A stretch of 64,000 nt of DNA, taken from assembly GCA_963716725.1 (NCBI GenBank), contig CAVQUB010000010.1, forward strand, positions 32,001-96,000, written 5' to 3'. Source of the stretch: an uncultured delta proteobacterium (GTDB lineage: Bacteria; Myxococcota_A; Polyangia; Polyangiales; Polyangiaceae). The position numbers and the translations under genes are program-made. Within the stretch, counting starts at the first letter, position 1, and the number at the start of each line of letters is the position of its first letter. Shown piece after piece: positions 62,314 to 64,000 of the stretch. Below the pieces are notes generated by a model, which was given only the letters and a program-made list of their open reading frames with translations, was not told the origin of the DNA and did not search any database.

Positions 62314-62443
62314 TTAACACGCCTCGCCCAGACTTTCACCCCCGAATTCCGGAGGGCGCCAATCTCAAGGAAAGGCTGGGACTTCGAGCGCTCGGGCCGC
62401 GCGTGAAACGTCGCCGGGCGGAAGTTTCACGCGCGCCTCCGGC

Positions 62444-62989
62444 TCAGAACAGTCCGACGAGTCCGAGGCCGACGCCGTCCTTGCCGGCCACGAAGGGCAC
62501 GGGGCGCACGCTCGCTGCTGGCGCGCGCCGCAGCTGGGGCAGGGGCTGCCGCTGAGGAGCCGAGGAAGCCTCTTGGGTCGGCATGAACAGCGCTTCGGCG
62601 GCAACGAGTACGCCGCCGGCCTGACCGACCGCGTCCATCGTCGTGAGGATCGCGCGCAGCACCACCGTGAAGGTCGAGCAGTTCGGATCGTCGTCGGCGC
62701 AGCCCGTGTCGGCCAACGCCATCCACGGTCCGGCGACGGGGATTCGCAGGTCGTTCGCGCCGGGTGCATCTGGCCAAGCGTACGAGGAGCCCACGGCCGC
62801 TCCGTACCAGAGCGAGGTCACGCCCAGACCCACCAGCGCGAGCTTGAGCTGGGTGCCCGACGGCGGGAATACGTCCGGGTCGACGTGAGTCGGGCGCACG
62901 GGCTCGTCGGCGAGCGCCGGGCGCGGGGCGCACAGCGTCGCGAGGGCGAGGGAACCAGTCAGGGCCAGGGTCGAGAAACGCATGGGCAC
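62444..62989 (-). CDS. Hypothetical exported/membrane protein
   Basis: Signal peptide, IPVAGPW motif and C-terminal GLGLVGLF, a style common in myxobacterial proteins. Confidence 0.65.
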   Translation of the reverse strand: MPMRFSTLALTGSLALATLCAPRPALADEPVRPTHVDPDVFPPSGTQLKLALVGLGVTSLWYGAAVGSSYAWPDAPGANDLRIPVAGPWMALADTGCADDDPNCSTFTVVLRAILTTMDAVGQAGGVLVAAEALFMPTQEASSAPQRQPLPQLRRAPAASVRPVPFVAGKDGVGLGLVGLF

Positions 62990-63287
62990 GCCGTTTTGAC
63001 CAAGCTTTGGGCGGAAGGCAAGGGAAGGCGACCCGAGGGCGCGAAAGCAGCCCGCTCGCGGGTCACGGCACCCGGGCGATAGCGAAGCGAGTCACTCGAC
63101 ACGGCCCGATCCCGTCCAGGCCGCCGAGGAGCGGCCTTCCGCTAGGTCGCCGCAACCGCCGGACGGGTTCAACGTCCTGGCAATGCGCGGACATGGTAAC
63201 CTGGAACCAGGCGGGAGGTCCGTGTGATGGGGAAGGTGAATTCGCTGGTTGACTCGATGCGCCGGGGGGGGGGGCATCTTTCTCGGT

Positions 63288-64000
63288 TTGCCGCGAGCCG
63301 CAGGAGGGCTGCGACTTCGACGCTTGGTGGCACTGGGCCTGGTGCTCGGTGCTGTTCCTGCTTCGTGCGGCGGAGAGTCCCTCGGGTGGGACCTGAGCGA
63401 GTCCGGACAGCCCGTGATCTTCGGCGCAGACAATCGCAAGAACGTCATCGACTTCACCGGCAACAAGCAGACGCTGGGCTGGACTGACTCGGTCGCGATC
63501 GTCGGGCGCACCCCGGGCAAGACGGCGGCCGTTTGCAAGCAGACCACGACGGGGACGCGCTGCTACCTGAACACGTTACCTCGTACGAAGTGCCCGCTGC
63601 CCGGCTACTCCAATGCCAACGGGCTGTGCTCCGACCAGACGTTTGCGAGCGAGCGTTGGACTGGCGACTGCACCGCGTTTCGAGTTGGCGAGAAGCTGTT
63701 CGTCACCGCGGGGCATTGCCTCGGGCCCAACGACGGCAAGACCGGCGCGCCCAAGTGTTCGGAGACCGAGCTGGCGTTCGGGTTCCAGACAGCCTCGTTC
63801 AACCCCCAGACAAACAAGCCCAACGTGCCCGGCAGTGTCCGACGGAGGTCGGATGTCTACAAGTGCAGCAAAGTACTCGCACACCGGCATCCACTCATGA
63901 CAGACACCGACCGTCGCGACTACGCAGTCTTCGAGGTCGACCGCCCGGTCCTCGCGCACCACCTGTTGAGGATCCGAACACTGGGCGTGGCCAAGGTGGG
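63288..64000 (+). CDS. Trypsin-like (S1) serine protease lipoprotein, 3' truncated by the window edge
   Basis: Frame absent from the ORF track because it has no stop: LVALGLVLGAVPASC...VIFGADNR...CTAFRVGEKLFVTAGHC...DYAVFEVDRPV. Start uncertain (TTG 63288, or ATG 63257 if the G11 run length differs). Confidence 0.8.
   Translation, partial: MPRAAGGLRLRRLVALGLVLGAVPASCGGESLGWDLSESGQPVIFGADNRKNVIDFTGNKQTLGWTDSVAIVGRTPGKTAAVCKQTTTGTRCYLNTLPRTKCPLPGYSNANGLCSDQTFASERWTGDCTAFRVGEKLFVTAGHCLGPNDGKTGAPKCSETELAFGFQTASFNPQTNKPNVPGSVRRRSDVYKCSKVLAHRHPLMTDTDRRDYAVFEVDRPVLAHHLLRIRTLGVAKV

Overview
High-GC DNA with myxobacterial (Polyangiaceae-like) gene content, in two halves. (1) Positions 1 to ~35.9 kb are the right part of an integrative defence island anchored at the 3' end of tRNA-Arg(CCG). 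The excisionase and tyrosine integrase lie next to the tRNA, and the integrase ORF runs through it. The island carries a class 1 DISARM-like operon (methyltransferase ... drmA-drmB-drmC). Six extra genes are nested between the MTase and drmA: an NDT/TIR-like protein, McrB, McrC, a DEDDh exonuclease, a Pol-beta nucleotidyltransferase and a RelE-UvrD fusion. A Ser/Thr kinase follows drmC. Next is a three-gene minus-strand operon with two HDRF (PLD-like) proteins; its first gene is split by a 3,259-bp three-gene TG...CA transposon with a 5-bp target duplication. A decayed second drmC fragment contains a 40-bp IS3-like scar. An unrecognised six-gene module follows: a membrane Ser/Thr kinase, a 2-TM coiled-coil protein and four coupled ~280-305 aa all-helical proteins. 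(2) Positions 36-64 kb look like core genome: gloB, esterase, PilZ proteins, kinases, two triple-DsbA proteins, MATE, DEAD-box helicase, TRAP/TatT transporter, HEAT lipoprotein, DAG-kinase family protein, pyrG and a partial trypsin-like protease. Several single-base frameshifts may be sequencing errors. All family assignments come from motif recognition; no database searches were run.
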